From NCBI GenBank assembly GCA_964035545.1, contig OZ037771.1, positions 6,295,190-6,359,189 of the forward strand: a DNA stretch of 64,000 bases, given 5' to 3'. Source of the stretch: Bugula neritina (lineage: Eukaryota; Animalia; Bryozoa). A program made the position numbers and the translations under genes. The notes beneath the pieces are model-generated. The model searched no databases. It was not told the origin of the DNA and saw only the letters and a program-made list of their open reading frames with translations. Below, piece after piece: positions 13,452 to 27,996 of the stretch. Each line of letters opens with the position of its first letter. The first letter of the stretch is position 1.

Positions 13452-16400
13452 ATATATATACATATATATATATATATACATATATAAATGTATATCTAAT
13501 GTTTTGCTGTGTAGGTCAGTAACTTCAAAGACTACATAAACCTGTATGTCAAGGACAAAGTAGATGACAACAACATGCCACTCAAAGTTGTGCACGAGGA
13601 AATCAACCCCAGATGGGAGGTGGCCGTCTGCCTATCATCTGAGAAAGGTTTTCAGCAAGTCAGCTTTGTCAATAGCATCGCTACTACCAAGGTACAGCTC
13701 ACCCTTTTAGCTTATTGTACAGTATGTCGTCTAGTTTTTATGTAGCTCAAAGGTTACAAGAGTCTGTTCAATCAGTTTGTAAGAAACTGATTGGCTGGTC
13801 AAATTTGAAATTTTGTTTATTATTTGACCAGGGATCAACCCTTTTGCCTAAATATTCAATGTAAAGACTATTGTCTGGTTTTATAACAGTTCACAAGTAA
13901 AATGAGCATGTTGTATTTTCACAGTTACACTTTTACTAGTAATGGTAAAGGAAACGAATAGATATAATATTTTAGGAGTTGATGCTTTTAGTACAGCTTT
14001 GTTTTACTAATCATAAATAGTTCGGCAGACGTTTCTCATCCATCTATGACATGCTGTCACGTCTCCATGGTAGACTGTATTTTGGTCTGGCAATAATGTA
14101 GAACATTGGCTACCTTACTCTCTGTAACACACAAGCAGTAACTATACGCTGTCTTCACACTTAGCTAATGCTGACTTTTCTCATAAAATCACAAGTCAAG
14201 TGATGTAATTGGAGTTATGCTCTTTTTGCGCAGGGTGGACGACACGTTGACTATATCACGGATCAGATCACGAAGAAACTCGGTGCTGTTGTGTCAAAGA
14301 AATCGGGAAAGGGAGCCGTGCAGGTGAAACCCTTTCAGATAAAGAACAATTTGTGGGTGTTCATCAACTGCCTCGTAGAGAATCCGTCTTTTGACTCTCA
14401 GACTAAAGAGAACATGACTCTGCAGGCCAAGCAGTTTGGATCCAAGTGTGAACTGAGCGAAAAGTTTGTCACCCAGGTAATACTTTATGCTTAGTACTCT
14501 GTACTCACTTAGTGTTCTGTACTTACTTAGTACTCTGTACTCACTACTCTGTACTTACTCACTACTCTGTACTCACCACTCTATACTCACCACTCTATAC
14601 TCACTACTCTGTACTCACTACTCTGCACTCACTACTCTGCACTCACTACTTTATACTCACTAATCTGCACTCACTACTCTGCACTCACTACTCTGCACTC
14701 ACCACTATATACTCACTACTCTATACTCACTAGTCTGTACTCACTACTATATACTCACTACTCTGTACTCACTACTCTATACTCACTACTATATACTCAC
14801 TACTCTGTACTCACTATTCTGTACTCACTACTCTGCACCCACCACTCTGCACTCACCACTCTGTACTCACTACTCTGCACTCGCTACTCTATACTCACTA
14901 CTATGCTATTCTTGCTCTCACCCTGTAATACTGCCATACTGTAATAACTGTCTCTCTCTCTCTAACAGATCACCAAGTGTGGTATCATTGAGCATATTCT
15001 CAACTGGGTGAAGTTTAAAGCTCAAACACAACTGAACAAGAAGTGCACTGCTACTAAGACCTCCAAACTCAAAGGTATTCCGAAGTTGGATGATGCCAAC
15101 GATGCCGGCACCAAGAATTCAGAAAGGTTGGCGTCATATTCTTTATATATCTGCATATTCTTACATATAGGAGTGTCGTATGCTGTATGCCGTACCAATA
15201 ATATTTCACCTTCCCAATAATGCAGTACAAAAGTTATGTTCTCTTGAATGACTAGAGCTCTCAGCTTTTCTAGGCGATAATTTGTATTGTGGTTGTATTA
15301 GGGATGCTGTTTCAATGTTGAGTTGTTTTTAATTGCGTATTCAAGTGTTGGTATACATTGTAGATGTATACTAATAGTTACTATGTACATGTAGATGTAT
15401 ACTAATAGTTACTATGTACATGTAGATGTATACTAATAGTTACTGTGTACATGTAGATGTATACTAATAGTTACTATGTACATGTAGATGTACGCTGATT
15501 CTCACGGAAGGAGACTCGGCCAAGACTCTAGCCGTGGCAGGACTCGGTGTGGTGGGCCGAGACCACTATGGAGTGTTTCCTCTGCGTGGAAAAATGTTGA
15601 ATGTCCGAGAAGCCTCTCACAAACAGGTGAATAGCTGAGCTAGTTGAAGGTGGGCTAGTTATAGGTGAGATAGTTGTAGGTGAGCTAGCTAGTTGTAGGT
15701 GAGCTAGTTGTAGGTGGGCTAGTTGTAGGTGGGCTAGTTGTAGCTGAGCTAGTTGTAGGTGGGTTAGTTGTAGGCGAGCTAGTCTTCACCTCCTGTAATA
15801 TTTGTATGTAGATGAGATAAAGGCATAACTCTTATCTCTATTATATTACTAACTCAGCACTCACTTGAAAACAGTTACTACTATCACAATTTGTCTGTAC
15901 ACAACTACTACTTCTGTATTGTATTGGCATTGTGGCATTGTTACCCAGACTGCTGCTACTTTTGTAGATCATGGACAACGCTGAAATCAACAATATTATT
16001 AAGATACTTGGCTTGCAGTACAAGCTAAAGTACGTTGATTATGACGACGTACGCAAGTTAAGGTAACGTTACTGCTTTATAGGTCTACAGTCTGCGTGTT
16101 ATACTATCGTTTGTCCGCCTACTGGTGCATGTATCTTATATATTCACACTTGCTGCCATGTTTGCTAGATACGGCAAGGTGATGATCATGACCGATCAGG
16201 ACCAAGATGGCTCTCACATCAAAGGCCTTCTCATCAACTTTATACACACAAACTGGCCAAACTTGTTGAAACATAACTTTCTAGTCGAGTTTATAACACC
16301 CATTGTCAAAGTAAGTGTCTCATAGTTACATACATGTCATGTGTCTACAATTCGTGTGTCTACAGATCATGTGTCTATACTTTAGGTGTCTACACATCAT

Positions 16401-19400
16401 GTGTCTACAGGTCATGTATCTACACACCTTGTGTCCACACATCTTTTGTCTACACATCGTATGTCAACACGGGATGTTTCTACTCGCCGTGTGTCTACAC
16501 GTACTCTGTCTACACCTCATGTATCATCTGCTGTAATGAACTCTAACCAGTTGTGTTACTGCGAAGTCTTATTAGCCAACTACTGATTGCCTAAGAAAAC
16601 CTCATTCTAATCATCTTCTTTACTCTCAGGCGAGTAAGAACAAGAAGGAGTATCCATTCTACAGTCTCCCGGAGTTTGAAGAGTGGAAATCAAACACAGA
16701 CAATTGGCATACTTACAAGATAAAGTATTACAAAGGTATTTATTTGGAACTGTATACTAGTCTATTGCATTATATCACATATCCACTATCCTAGGTCCTC
16801 AAGCTAAGTCATAGCTCGCCCTATACAGTGTATATGGAGACACGGCTATCATCTACCTTGTAGGTCTGGGCACCTCCACCAGTAAGGAGGCTAAGGAATA
16901 CTTCTCAGACATGACGCGACATAAGGTCCCCTTCAGGTACTCCGGGGCTGACGATGACACCAGCATACAGCTCGCCTTCAGTAAGAAGTACATCGAAGAG
17001 CGGAAAACATGGCTGACCAATTGGATGCAGGCGAGGAAATCGAGGCATGAACTAGGTATGTCGAGGAAATCAGGCAACACATTCGGAGTTACTTTTCGTG
17101 TCATTTTTGAGACTCTTCGAATGTCTTGTTGAACTTTGACCTCTGGCTGTTTCTAGGCTTGAGTCAGGATTTCCTGTACGGAAAAGACACCAAGAGGATC
17201 ACATATTCTGAGTTTGTCAACAAGGAGCTGGTGCTTTTCTCCAACTTGGACAATGAAAGATCTATTCCTTGTCTGGTTGATGGTAGGTCCCAGATAGTGT
17301 ACGCATTGTTTTATAATCTGTAGAGAGTTATCTGTTCTCATAACTAGTCTGAATTTATCTGTGGAGAGTTGTCTGTTCTCGTAACTAATATGAATACATC
17401 TGTATACAGGAAGTTGTCTGTTCTCGTAACTAGTCTGAGTATATCTGTATACAGGACTGAAGCCTGGGCAGAGGAAAGTGTTATTCACTTGTTTGAAAAG
17501 AAACTTGACTAAAGAATTAAAAGTGGCGCAGCTGGCAGGTTCTGTAGCTGAAATCTCGGCCTACCACCATGGTGAAGCTTCCCTTATGAGTAAGTTTCCT
17601 AAAGTATTGTAGTCGAGTGAAACTGTTCGGCTAAAGGAAGACGCATTGCCCAGGCACTCTCTAGCCTCATGGTTCACATGCTGTGCTCTGTTGTAGGCAC
17701 TATCGTTAACCTGGCGCAGGATTTCGTGGGAAGCAACAACCTGAACCTGCTTGAGCCTGTGGGCCAGTTTGGTACGAGATTGCATGGAGGGAAGGATTCG
17801 GCTAGCCCCCGTTACATATTCACCTGCCTTAAGTTAGTATATGTTCTACTATATTGAACGATATTTACTGGGCGTGTAAACCCCCCACCCCTGTCCCATC
17901 TTATGAAATGTAGCAGAGTGATCCTCATCTACTGTGTTGTTTGTTGCAGTGAATTAACACGACTTCTGTTCCACCAACATGATGATGCTGTACTCAGTTA
18001 CCTCAATGATGATGGACAGAATATAGAGCCAGTGTGGTAAAGATTTGCTTTAATGCTAGCAGTGGCTCGGTGTAGTGTAAAGTTACAGTGTGAGATGTAC
18101 AGTGATAGTGTGAGGTGTACAGTGATAGTGTGAGGTGTACAGTGATAGTGTGAGATGTAGTGATAGTGTGAGGTGTACAGTTATAGTATGTAATGTACAG
18201 TGATAGTGTGAGATGTACAGTGATAGTGTGAGGTGTACAGTGATGGTGTGTAATGTACAGTGATAGTGTGAGGTGTACAGTGATAGTGTGAGATGTAGTG
18301 ATAGTGTGAGGTGTACAGTGATAGTATGTAATGTACAGTGATAGTATGTAATGTACAGTGATAGTGTCAGATGTACAGTGATAGTGTCAGATGTACAGTG
18401 ATAGTGCGTGTGATGCACTAAGACGTCATGTATGCCTGTCTGCTCTGTTATGCTGCTATTACATGCTTGTGGTGAGGTCAATACATAACTCAACTACTGG
18501 GATAGAATGTAGACAAAATCTATATGTTATATTACTGTAGGTACTGCCCTATATTACCTCTGGTTCTCATCAACGGAGCTTCTGGTATTGGTACGGGCTG
18601 GTCCACTAACATTCCCAACTTTGATGTAAGAGAGGTAGTTGCTAATGTTAGAAGACTGATAAAGCATGAAGAACCTGTTGAGATGGTAGGTGGTTATGTG
18701 TAATATACTCGTGCATGTTCATCTATTAACTAGCATGGCTGGTAAATTATTGGAGACTAATTTTCTTTCAAAGGAAATAATATTTGTGAACTTGCAGTTC
18801 ATCCAAAGACTTTCTCAATTTTTACCTATATTGTATGTCGGTGCTGGTAGTTGAAATAGACCATTGCGTTTTTCCTGTTCCCGCTACCAAACAGGGCAGA
18901 GGTAATGATTGCATTTTCTCTGTTCTGTTTCCAGAAACCGTCCTATAAAGGTTTCAACGGCACCATAGAATTTTTAGAGAATCAGAGGTACGTGGCTAGC
19001 GGAGAAATTGCAGTGCTGGGTACGGATAGCATAGAAATCACAGAACTTCCTGTTGGGACGTGGACTCAGTCCTACAAGGAATCCGTGTTAGAGGTCTACT
19101 TGCTGGGCACAGAGAAGCAGCCTGCACAAATACAGTAAGTAGTTCCGTGCATTGCATTGCTTGCAGTACGCAGTATGCATTGTAATATATAGGAAGTATT
19201 CTATATGGTGTACAATAAGTCTTGTAATAGAGAGTTCTGTAGGATGTACAGTGAGTAGCCTACTGTGTATTGTATAGTAAGTATCATATTAAGAAATAAG
19301 TACTGTGTAAGTATTGCATTAAGAAGTAAGTACTGTGTAAGTATTACATTAAGAAGTAAGTACTGTGTAAGTATTGCATTAAGAAGTAAGTACTGTGTAA

Positions 19401-22400
19401 GTATTACATTAAGAAGTAAGTACTGTGTAAGTATTGCATTAAGAAGTAAGTACTGTGTAAGTATTACATTAAGAAGTAAGTACTGTGTAAGTATTGCATT
19501 AAGAAGTAAGTACAGTGTAAGTATTACATTAAGAAGTAAGTACTGTGTAAGTATTGCATTAAGAAGTAAGTACAGTGTAAGTATTACATTAAGAAGTAAG
19601 TACTGTGTAAGTATTGCATTAAGAAGTAAGTACAGTGTATTACATTAAGAAGTAAGTACTGTGTAAGTATTACATTAAGAAGTAAGTACAGTACAAGTAC
19701 TACATTAAGAAGTAAGTACAGTGTAAGTACTACATTAGGAAGTAAGTACAGTGTAAGTACTACATTAAGAAGTAAGTACAAAAAGTCATGCGTGTTCTAG
19801 AGACTACAAGGAGTACCACACGGACACCACCGTCAGATTTGTTGTCAAGATGTCGGCAGAGCAGTTCTCTAAAGCTGAGCAACAAGGATTCTACAGCTTC
19901 TTCAAGTTACAGTCCATCATCAACTTGTCCAACATGGTACCTGCTGTTACATTAACTCATTGTGCCTTCAATCAATAGCCTTGTTCACTTTATTAGCTTG
20001 TCATCTGTGAGTGTAACTAACACTACTGCATGGTCGCAGCTCAGTGCAGCCATAAGCTCTTGTGTTGATATTTTCCTTCCAAGTTCTATACTGGTGGCAC
20101 ACTGGATAAAGTCTCACTCTGTACTGCTATGTGTGACAGGTGCTTGTGCATTCCAAGCAGGTGAAGTTGTTTTTCTATCTAAAGGAGTTTGTCGTATTTA
20201 AATGCATTCTAGATTACCTCTCAGTGTTGACATTTGATATCTAGTAAATAAAGAAGCAGGTCAACTGTTGAACATGCAGGTGTTTAACTTTCCTTTTAAG
20301 GCCAACGCTCTGTCATATTCTACTAAAAATTTATTGGCTGTTCTAAGCTCTCCTCCAATTGGCTGTTATACTAACCTTTCTGCTCCAATTGGCTGTTATA
20401 CTACCCTCTCTCCTCCAATGGTTTAATGCTCTCAATTTGCACTGCTACTCCCAGCTAACTTGTTTCACCGATGTCACGTGTAGCTCTTTCTTAGGTCTTA
20501 TTCGACGACTGTGGGATCCTCAAGCAATACGAATCTTCTCATGCAATCCTTAAAGAGTTTTACGATGTCAGGCTGCGTATGTATAGCGCCCGTAAACAGT
20601 ACCTGGACGGTATGCTGGAAGCTGAGGCTAGAAAGCTCAGTAATCAGGCTAGGTTTATACTAGAAAAGATTGAGGGGAAGATTGTGATTGGTAAGTTTCC
20701 TCTTTTAGAACTCGACCAATTCTGGTATAGATCTGCTAGTTCAGTTTGACCACCACTCGGAGTTAATACATGTGCTATGTCTTACAGTTTATGTAATTTT
20801 TACCTGGTCTATCTTTCCCTGAACCAATGCTACTAACTAATACGTGTACTTCTTGAGTGAATCTTGATAAATTTGCATAGAAATAAATCGGTACATCCTA
20901 TAAAAAAACAACTTGGACAAATTTATACTCATCATCCCTGTGAGAAAACCCCTGATTGAAAGGGTTTTTTTTGTTAAATTGGGCTAAGGACTTATTCATA
21001 TGTGGCAAAAGGGAAATTATGACTGGATGCTCTTCCTAACATCACCAATGACCTTTGTAGGGGTTCGAACCCATGACTTCATGTTTACTAGGCAACGCTC
21101 TAACCCCTACACCATGGCTGCTTTCTAAATCTGTACATCCTAGTAGATGTTTTGTAGTTGACTTTCCGTGTTCCGATATGTAGCCTCACAATCATTGATT
21201 TTTCCAGAAAACAAGAAAAAGAAAGATCTGATAGAGACTCTAGTGAAGGAGGGTTACGACTCGGACCCCGTGAAGGCGTGGAAAGCGTCTCAGTCTAAGG
21301 AGATGGTGGTTGGCGGGGAGGGAGAGGAAGAAGAGAGTGACCCCAGATCTGGCACCGACTTTGCTTACCTCCTTAACATGCCCCTCCTCAACCTCACTCG
21401 GGAGAAGAAGGAGGAACTTCTGAAGCAGAGAGACGACAAGGTGAGGTGATGGTTGGTTGGCAGTCTCAGTCTGGTGTATCTCATGTGTTCACATCAAGTG
21501 GGTAACGTGTATCACTACATACTCACTGTATCACTATATACTCACTGTATCACTTTATACTCACTGTATCACTATATACTCACTGTATCACTTTATACTC
21601 ACTGTATCACTACATACTCACTGTATCACTATATACTCACTGTATCACTACATACTCACTGTATTACTATATACTCACTGTATCACTACATACTCACTGT
21701 ATCACTTTATACTCACTGTATCACTTTATACTCACTGTATCACTTTATACTCACTGTATCACTTTATACTCACTGTATCACTATATACTCACTGTATCAC
21801 TATATACTCACTGTATCACTTTATACTCACTGTATCACTATATACTCACTGTATCACTATATACTCACTGTATCACTATATACTCACTGTACCACTATAT
21901 ACTCACTGTATCACTACATACTCACTGTACCACTATATACTCACTGTATCACTACATACTCACTATCACTATATACTCACTGTATCACTACATACTCACT
22001 GTATCACTATATACTCACTGTATCACTACATACTCACTGTACCACTATATACTCACTGTATCACTATATACTCACTGTATCACTATATACTCACTGTATC
22101 ACTATATACTCACTGTATCACTACATACTCACTGTATCACTATATACTCACTGTATCACTATATACTCACTGTATCACTATATACTCACTGTATCACTTT
22201 ATACTCACTGTATCACTACATACTCACTGTATCACTATATACTCACTGTATCACTACATACTCACTGTATTACTATATACTCACTGTATCACTACATACT
22301 CACTGTATCACTTTATACTCACTGTATCACTTTATACTCACTGTATCACTTTATACTCACTGTATCACTTTATACTCACTGTATCACTATATACTCACTG

Positions 22401-25400
22401 TATCACTATATACTCACTGTATCACTTTATACTCACTGTATCACTATATACTCACTGTATCACTATATACTCACTGTATCACTATATACTCACTGTACCA
22501 CTATATACTCACTGTATCACTACATACTCACTGTACCACTATATACTCACTGTATCACTACATACTCACTATCACTATATACTCACTGTATCACTACATA
22601 CTCACTGTATCACTATATACTCACTGTATCACTACATACTCACTGTACCACTATATACTCACTGTATCACTATATACTCACTGTATCACTATATACTCAC
22701 TGTATCACTATATACTCACTGTATCACTACATACTCACTGTATCACTATATACTCACTGTATCACTATATACTCACTGTATCACTATATACTCACTGTAT
22801 CACTATATACTCACTGTATCACTACATACTCACTGTATCACTATATACTCACTATCACTATATACTCACTGTATCACTACATACTCACTATCACTATATA
22901 CTCACTGTATCACTACATACTCACTGTATCACTAGATACTCACTACCACTATATACTCACTGTATCACTATATACTCACTGTATCACTATATACTCACTA
23001 TCACTATATACTCACTGTATCACTACATACTCACTATCACTATATACTCACTGTATCACTACATACTCACTGTATCACTAGATACTCACTACCACTATAT
23101 ACTCACTGTATCACTATATACTCACTGTATTTTAACTTTGTAGCGGCAAGAGCTTGATCTGCTACGTAGCAAGACACCAAGCAACTTGTGGGAAGAAGAT
23201 TTGGATGCATTCATGGCGGCTCTAGAGGTATGCAATAAGCAAAGTATTATTTTCTCTCAATATCTACTGACAGATTAAAGCTAGGATAGTGATGAATATT
23301 GGCTGTACTGTTATATATCCACATTGGATATCGTATGCTGGATTGAACACACTATCAGTGGCTGCTAACTAATCTTAAGTCATCATCAGCCAACTTTTGG
23401 AATTCCTGTATGAATTTCTCTCATAGAAATACGAGGCTGAAGCTAAGAAATCTGCTCAGAAGTCAGAAGAAGCCAACTTGACCAAACAAAACAAAGGTGG
23501 ACGCTTCAAGTCTCTGAAAAGTGACCTCTTCCCTTCTAAATACGGCCAGCGAGTTGAACCGCCTCTACCGAAAGATAAAATGCGATCAAACAAGACGACG
23601 CGGGTGAGTAGAAAGAGGTTCACACCCAATCACTGCGAACCTGCTCACCGTCACTGCATTTCTATTCCTTTGCATTATGCGAATGGATGCCCGTATGGAT
23701 AAATTTGTGGTCGCGGTTTGCATTAACTTATTGTTGTGACTTCATTCAATGCAACTGTTTCCAAACACCGAATGAAAAATCCATTCACATAATGGGAAGC
23801 TTGAAAACGTAGTGTGTGTTGGAGCTTCAGCAGAGTGTAGCAAGTGATAAACACTGTTTATGTGTGTCTGTTTAGTGAGAGATAAAAACTGTACGTGTGT
23901 CTGTTTGAGTCACAATATTGAACTGGTGATTTGTAGGTAAAGAAGGAAAAAACCGATCCTAAGCAGAATAAGTTAGACACATTTGGATTTGGTGGAAATG
24001 ATGGTGATAATGATGACATACAAGAAGTTACAGCGTCCGATGGTAATAGCAAGGCTAGCCACTTACCACTAGTATCATATGTACCTTTCAGACCGTTGCA
24101 TACAGCTCGGCCCGCACTGCGGCATAGCACCTGCCTTAGCTACTTTCCGTACAAACAGCGACTAGTTAAACAAGGAGATACGTACTCAGTCTCTGCTATT
24201 ACTTCTGTGCCAACTCAACTCTCTAACATTACCATTGACTGTAATTTAAGACTACTTGATAGCAAAAGAGTTGTCAGAAACACTCAGTATTTTCATATAT
24301 TATTTAATTCATTAAGACGATTGAAATAAATGTAATAAACATATTGTCACCATTTGAGTCTTGCTGGAAGCCATAAGAATTTATTCTATTTGGTTTCTTG
24401 TTGGGTTATTAGTTTAAATTTTGTAGCCAAACCGAAAGCAGCTGCTAAAAAGCGTTTTGCTGAGCAAAAACCTCGAAAAAGTTCGACTGCATTAACTGAT
24501 TCACCCAGCAAGAAACCAAAAGATAGCAAGAAAAAGAATCCCTGGGAAACCGATTCAGAGGATTTAGATCTCAGTATTAGTGATCTAGATGATAGTGTGC
24601 CTCTAGTATCTCGGCAGAAGGTTGGAGCTCGCAAAGCAGGTTCGTGTAACTTATGTCGTAATCCGCCGCCAGTAATGTTTGATAGTAGTGGTAGTTTGGT
24701 AGCAGTAACACCAATATTAGTGATTCTAGTGGTAGTGGTGGTAGTAGTGGTAGCAGTAGTAGTAGTGGTAGTGAAAGTCATAGTAGTAGTAGTAATAGCA
24801 GCAGTAATAGTAGTAGTGGTGGTGCTGGTGGTAGTAGAAGTAGTAACAGTGGCAATAGTCACAGCTTCAGTGGCTGTAGCACCAAATCTCTAGTCAGGCC
24901 AAATGGATATGTCTGTACTTAAATAGTAATTTAGATAAATTACATAAAATATAGAAAATTTAGCTGCCAGATAAATAAGAACTAGCCAGTGACAGTATCA
25001 ACTAAATTTGGTCTCAACTCCATCTGGCGAAGACTGCATCTTTCACAAGTACTTTCTCTGTTTACAACACAAGGTTTTAAACCAATAACTCAATATCCAT
25101 TTATTGACTTCAATCCTCTTCCAGACTCTGGTCTGGCATCATGGCTGTGTTCTACTATCAGTTCTGTGAAGTAACTTGGCATTTATGAAAACTAACGAGT
25201 ATAACTCTTATGCTCTGGTCTGTACGCCTGGAATATTATTCACTCAGTTCTGCGTGTTTAATCCCAGAACTTGATGTGATTGATTAGTTACAATGAGAAA
25301 AGATATAATCTCTTTTGGTCATAGTCGAAATCCTTCCCCCCCCCCCCAAGATGCATCAGCAGCAGTACATAAAATATATTTTTTTATATTGCTTTTGCCT

Positions 25401-27996
25401 TTGCTACCTGTGGTTTCAATTTTCGCATGCGAAAATACGCACAGTGTGGCCCTAAGCTATGTGTTCAAGGGAATAGAGTCTCCCCTAAAATAATGTTTTC
25501 CATCTGTGGAAATTGATTAGCTGTTTGATGTAATTTAGAGGTAGAATTGGTCAAATGTCTTTTCTTGTGTTTAAAATACATTCTAGATGTCTTTTGCCAA
25601 GTGGCCCTCTTTGTATTGTAAAGTAGTTAAAGATTTACATAATAAGGACTGTATTGCGATATAAATGAAACTTTATTCCATCACATTGTAATTTTGACGC
25701 CCACTTGACTCTGTGTTTCGTGTGTAGCTTTCAAGCTCTTGGATAGCAAATGCTGTTTTTCAGAAGATATCTAACTGATTTTTCTAGCCAGTGTCAAGAA
25801 GTACAAGCTGAGTGATCACAGCAGTGATGATAGTGATGACTCTGTGGACAAGGTAAAGCCTAGCTCAAAGGATGAAGACCGGGATAGTAGCAGCTCGGTT
25901 GGTCAGGTTACTCCTCCTACAAAAAGTACAAAGTTGTCTGAGAAGCAAACTAGCCCAGCTAAAGAGCCCACCAGTCCAGCTAAAAAGCCCACCAGTCCAG
26001 CTAAAAAGCCCACCAGTCCAGCTAAAAAGACCACCAGCTCAGCTAAGCGTGTCCTGGAGTCAGACGATGGTAAGGGTTTGTGTTGGGTCAGGTGGTTAGT
26101 CAACAGCACTGGGAGAAAATTATGGCATGTTTCAAAAATAGTTTGAATGAACTAAATCAAGTTCTTATATGCATTTGCTTACCGAAAGTGGTAGTGAAGA
26201 TTCTTGGTGTTGTATTTCCGTAGACATAATCTCTTTATCCGGTGATGACTCAGAGCCAAACTCTAAGAAACCAACTGCTAAGCCGCCGGCAGCTAAACCT
26301 GCTGCTAAAAAACCAGCTGCTAGAAAACCTGCTGCCAAAAAACCTGATGCTGCAGCAAAGAAGAGAAAGCCAGCTGCTAAGAAAAGTAGGTTGCTATGAG
26401 CATAGTAGGTTCAGAACATGGTGTAATAGACAGGTGTGGTGTAATAGACAGGTGTGGTGTAATAGACAGGTGTGGTGTAATAGACAGGTGTGAAATACTG
26501 GGCACTAGAGCTATTAGTTGATCAACTAAGGTATGTCTACAACATGCTGTCTCATTTCAGCCGATGATAAACAGCCCAAACTAAACTTTGCTAAAGTCAC
26601 TTCAAAGAAGAAGTCTTCACCAGACTCCTTTACCATTGACAGTTCAGATGATGAGGGTACGTGTCTTTATCCCCCCCTCTGTTATGTTGTGAGGAACTCT
26701 AAACCTTGTCTCTGTGCGTTACCTTCATCAACACTCACTCACTCACCATGCTTTCACTATTTACCTACTCACTCACTACCAACTCATCACTCACTACCTA
26801 CTCATTACCTACTCACTCACTCACTCACTTAATCACTTGGGTCTAAAACTAGGAAGAGAATGCAGTGTGTATGATACAGCTAGCATGACAAGATACACAT
26901 GAATCATCTCAATAGACGTCTGCTTTTTACAAGTTCAGTGACTCCCTTGTTTGTTGTGTAATCAGTCAGCAATATTCAGTTTGATTTGCTGTTGAGCTGT
27001 TTGCTTTATTACTGTTATGAAACAAGAATATGTCCATGGAGTTATCTGATCATTGCAGACGCTGCTACAAAGAAGCCGGCAGCATCCAAGAAGCCTGCTG
27101 CCAGTAAGAAGAAACCCGCTGCCAGTAAACGCAAGAAAGATTCTGATTCTGACTCTAATTTATCTGATCTACAGTTCCAGCCCAAGAAGAAAGCAGCTGC
27201 CTCCAAGGTTTGGTAGCTTCATATCTCTATACTATATACTATATATTCACCATGTCGCTATACTGTATACTATACATTCACCATGTCTCTATACTGTATA
27301 CTATATATTCACCATGTCTCTATACTGTATACTATATATTCACCATGTCTCTATACTGTATACTATATATTCACCATGTCTCTATACTGTATACTATATA
27401 TTCACCATGTCTCCATACTGTATACTATATATTCACCATGTCTCTATACTGTATACTATATATTCACCATGTCTATACTGTATACTATATATTCACCACG
27501 TCTCTACCAGATTATATTGTGCCTCTACTGTACTTCTAGAGTAATCCTCAAATGACTATAATGTTTATTATAAAGTAACTCTACAATATCTACACTGAAT
27601 CACTACAGTGACTTCTATTCATCTCCATTGCTGTTCAACACTTATTAATTTCAAACTGAGTATACAGTGTTTCATAGTCCCCACTCTCTATTAAAGCAAC
27701 TGCTTAGCTTTGGAATCTTTCCTGTGACTTTAACTTGTGTTGAAATAGCTGTTGGTGTGCAGCATTTAGCTGTGTGTCCTTTCAGTTTGTGTCAGTTACA
27801 GGGTGTGTGTTGCTTGCCCGTCCCACAGTCAGGTTCCGTATGCTAATGCAGTGTCTCTCTCTTGTAGAAAGCTAAGAATGACGACACTCTGGACTTCTCT
27901 CTCAGTGATGATGACACGCCGGTTGCTCGTCGTCCCACCACTGCCCGTGCCAAGAAGGCGGTTACATATTTCAGTGACAGTGAAGACAGTGATTAA
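10927..27996 (+). CDS. TOP2: DNA topoisomerase II (32 coding exons)
   Basis: Micro first exon 10927-10950 (MESPKPLK) joins [33 protein letters not shown]. Motifs: GHKL ATPase ([23 protein letters not shown]), TOPRIM ([19 protein letters not shown]), catalytic Tyr in [13 protein letters not shown], and C-terminus [16 protein letters not shown] (stop 27994-27996). The exon phases I checked are compatible. Confidence 0.97.
11585..11797. repeat. 21-bp minisatellite (TGTGTCATACACTGTAGACTA) ending in the TOP2 exon-3 acceptor
   Basis: About 9 units; the last TAG (11788-11790) is the functional acceptor before TMWVMDKD. Confidence 0.9.
14495..14905. repeat. 14-bp minisatellite (ACTCTGTACTCACT) in TOP2 intron
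   Basis: Visible tandem units. Confidence 0.9.
15359..15492. repeat. 31-bp tandem repeat duplicating a TOP2 acceptor
   Basis: TGTAGATGTA at 15359, 15390, 15421, 15452 and 15483; the last is functional (exon starts 15488, [11 protein letters not shown]). Confidence 0.92.
18085..18410. repeat. 20-bp minisatellite (GTACAGTGATAGTGTGAGRT)
   Basis: Visible tandem units in a TOP2 intron. Confidence 0.9.
19280..19780. repeat. 30-bp minisatellite (AAGAAGTAAGTACTGTGTAAGTATTRCATT) with alternating G/A 60-bp dimer
   Basis: Successive 60-nt lines are nearly identical; source of spurious ORF 19265-19648. Confidence 0.95.
20980..21121 (-). mobile_element. tRNA-derived SINE (copy 1)
   Basis: Minus strand reads GCAGCCATGGTGTAGGGGTTAGAGCG..CTAGTAA..GGGTTCGAACCCC (box A, Thr-AGT-like loop, box B), followed by a GTTAGGAAGAGCATCCAGTCATAA body. 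A homologous copy lies at 45096-45228. Confidence 0.8.
21508..23130. repeat. 1.6-kb 19-bp minisatellite (TATACTCACTGTATCACTA) with a 606-bp higher-order duplication
   Basis: Diagnostic variants recur exactly 606 bp apart (GTATTACT at 21661/22267; 2-bp-deleted CACTATCACT at 21961/22567). Source of the 542-aa and 492-aa pseudo-ORFs. Confidence 0.95.
27225..27505. repeat. 31-bp minisatellite (TATACTGTATACTATATATTCACCATGTCTC)
   Basis: About 9 tandem units after the donor at 27208. Confidence 0.92.

Noticed and set aside
19280-19780. Regularly spaced repeats resembling a CRISPR array (also 33195-33540 and 49705-50242)
   Set aside because: Head-to-tail units without unique spacers, in eukaryotic introns, with no cas genes.
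21453-23081. 542-aa and 492-aa ORFs ([15 protein letters not shown] repeats)
   Set aside because: Translations of a stop-free 19-bp intronic minisatellite inside TOP2; open in multiple frames with no coding signature.
24386-24893. Poly-Val 'TM' and poly-Thr ORFs
   Set aside because: A (GTA/GTG)n microsatellite in a TOP2 intron, read through from the real exon 24427-24639.
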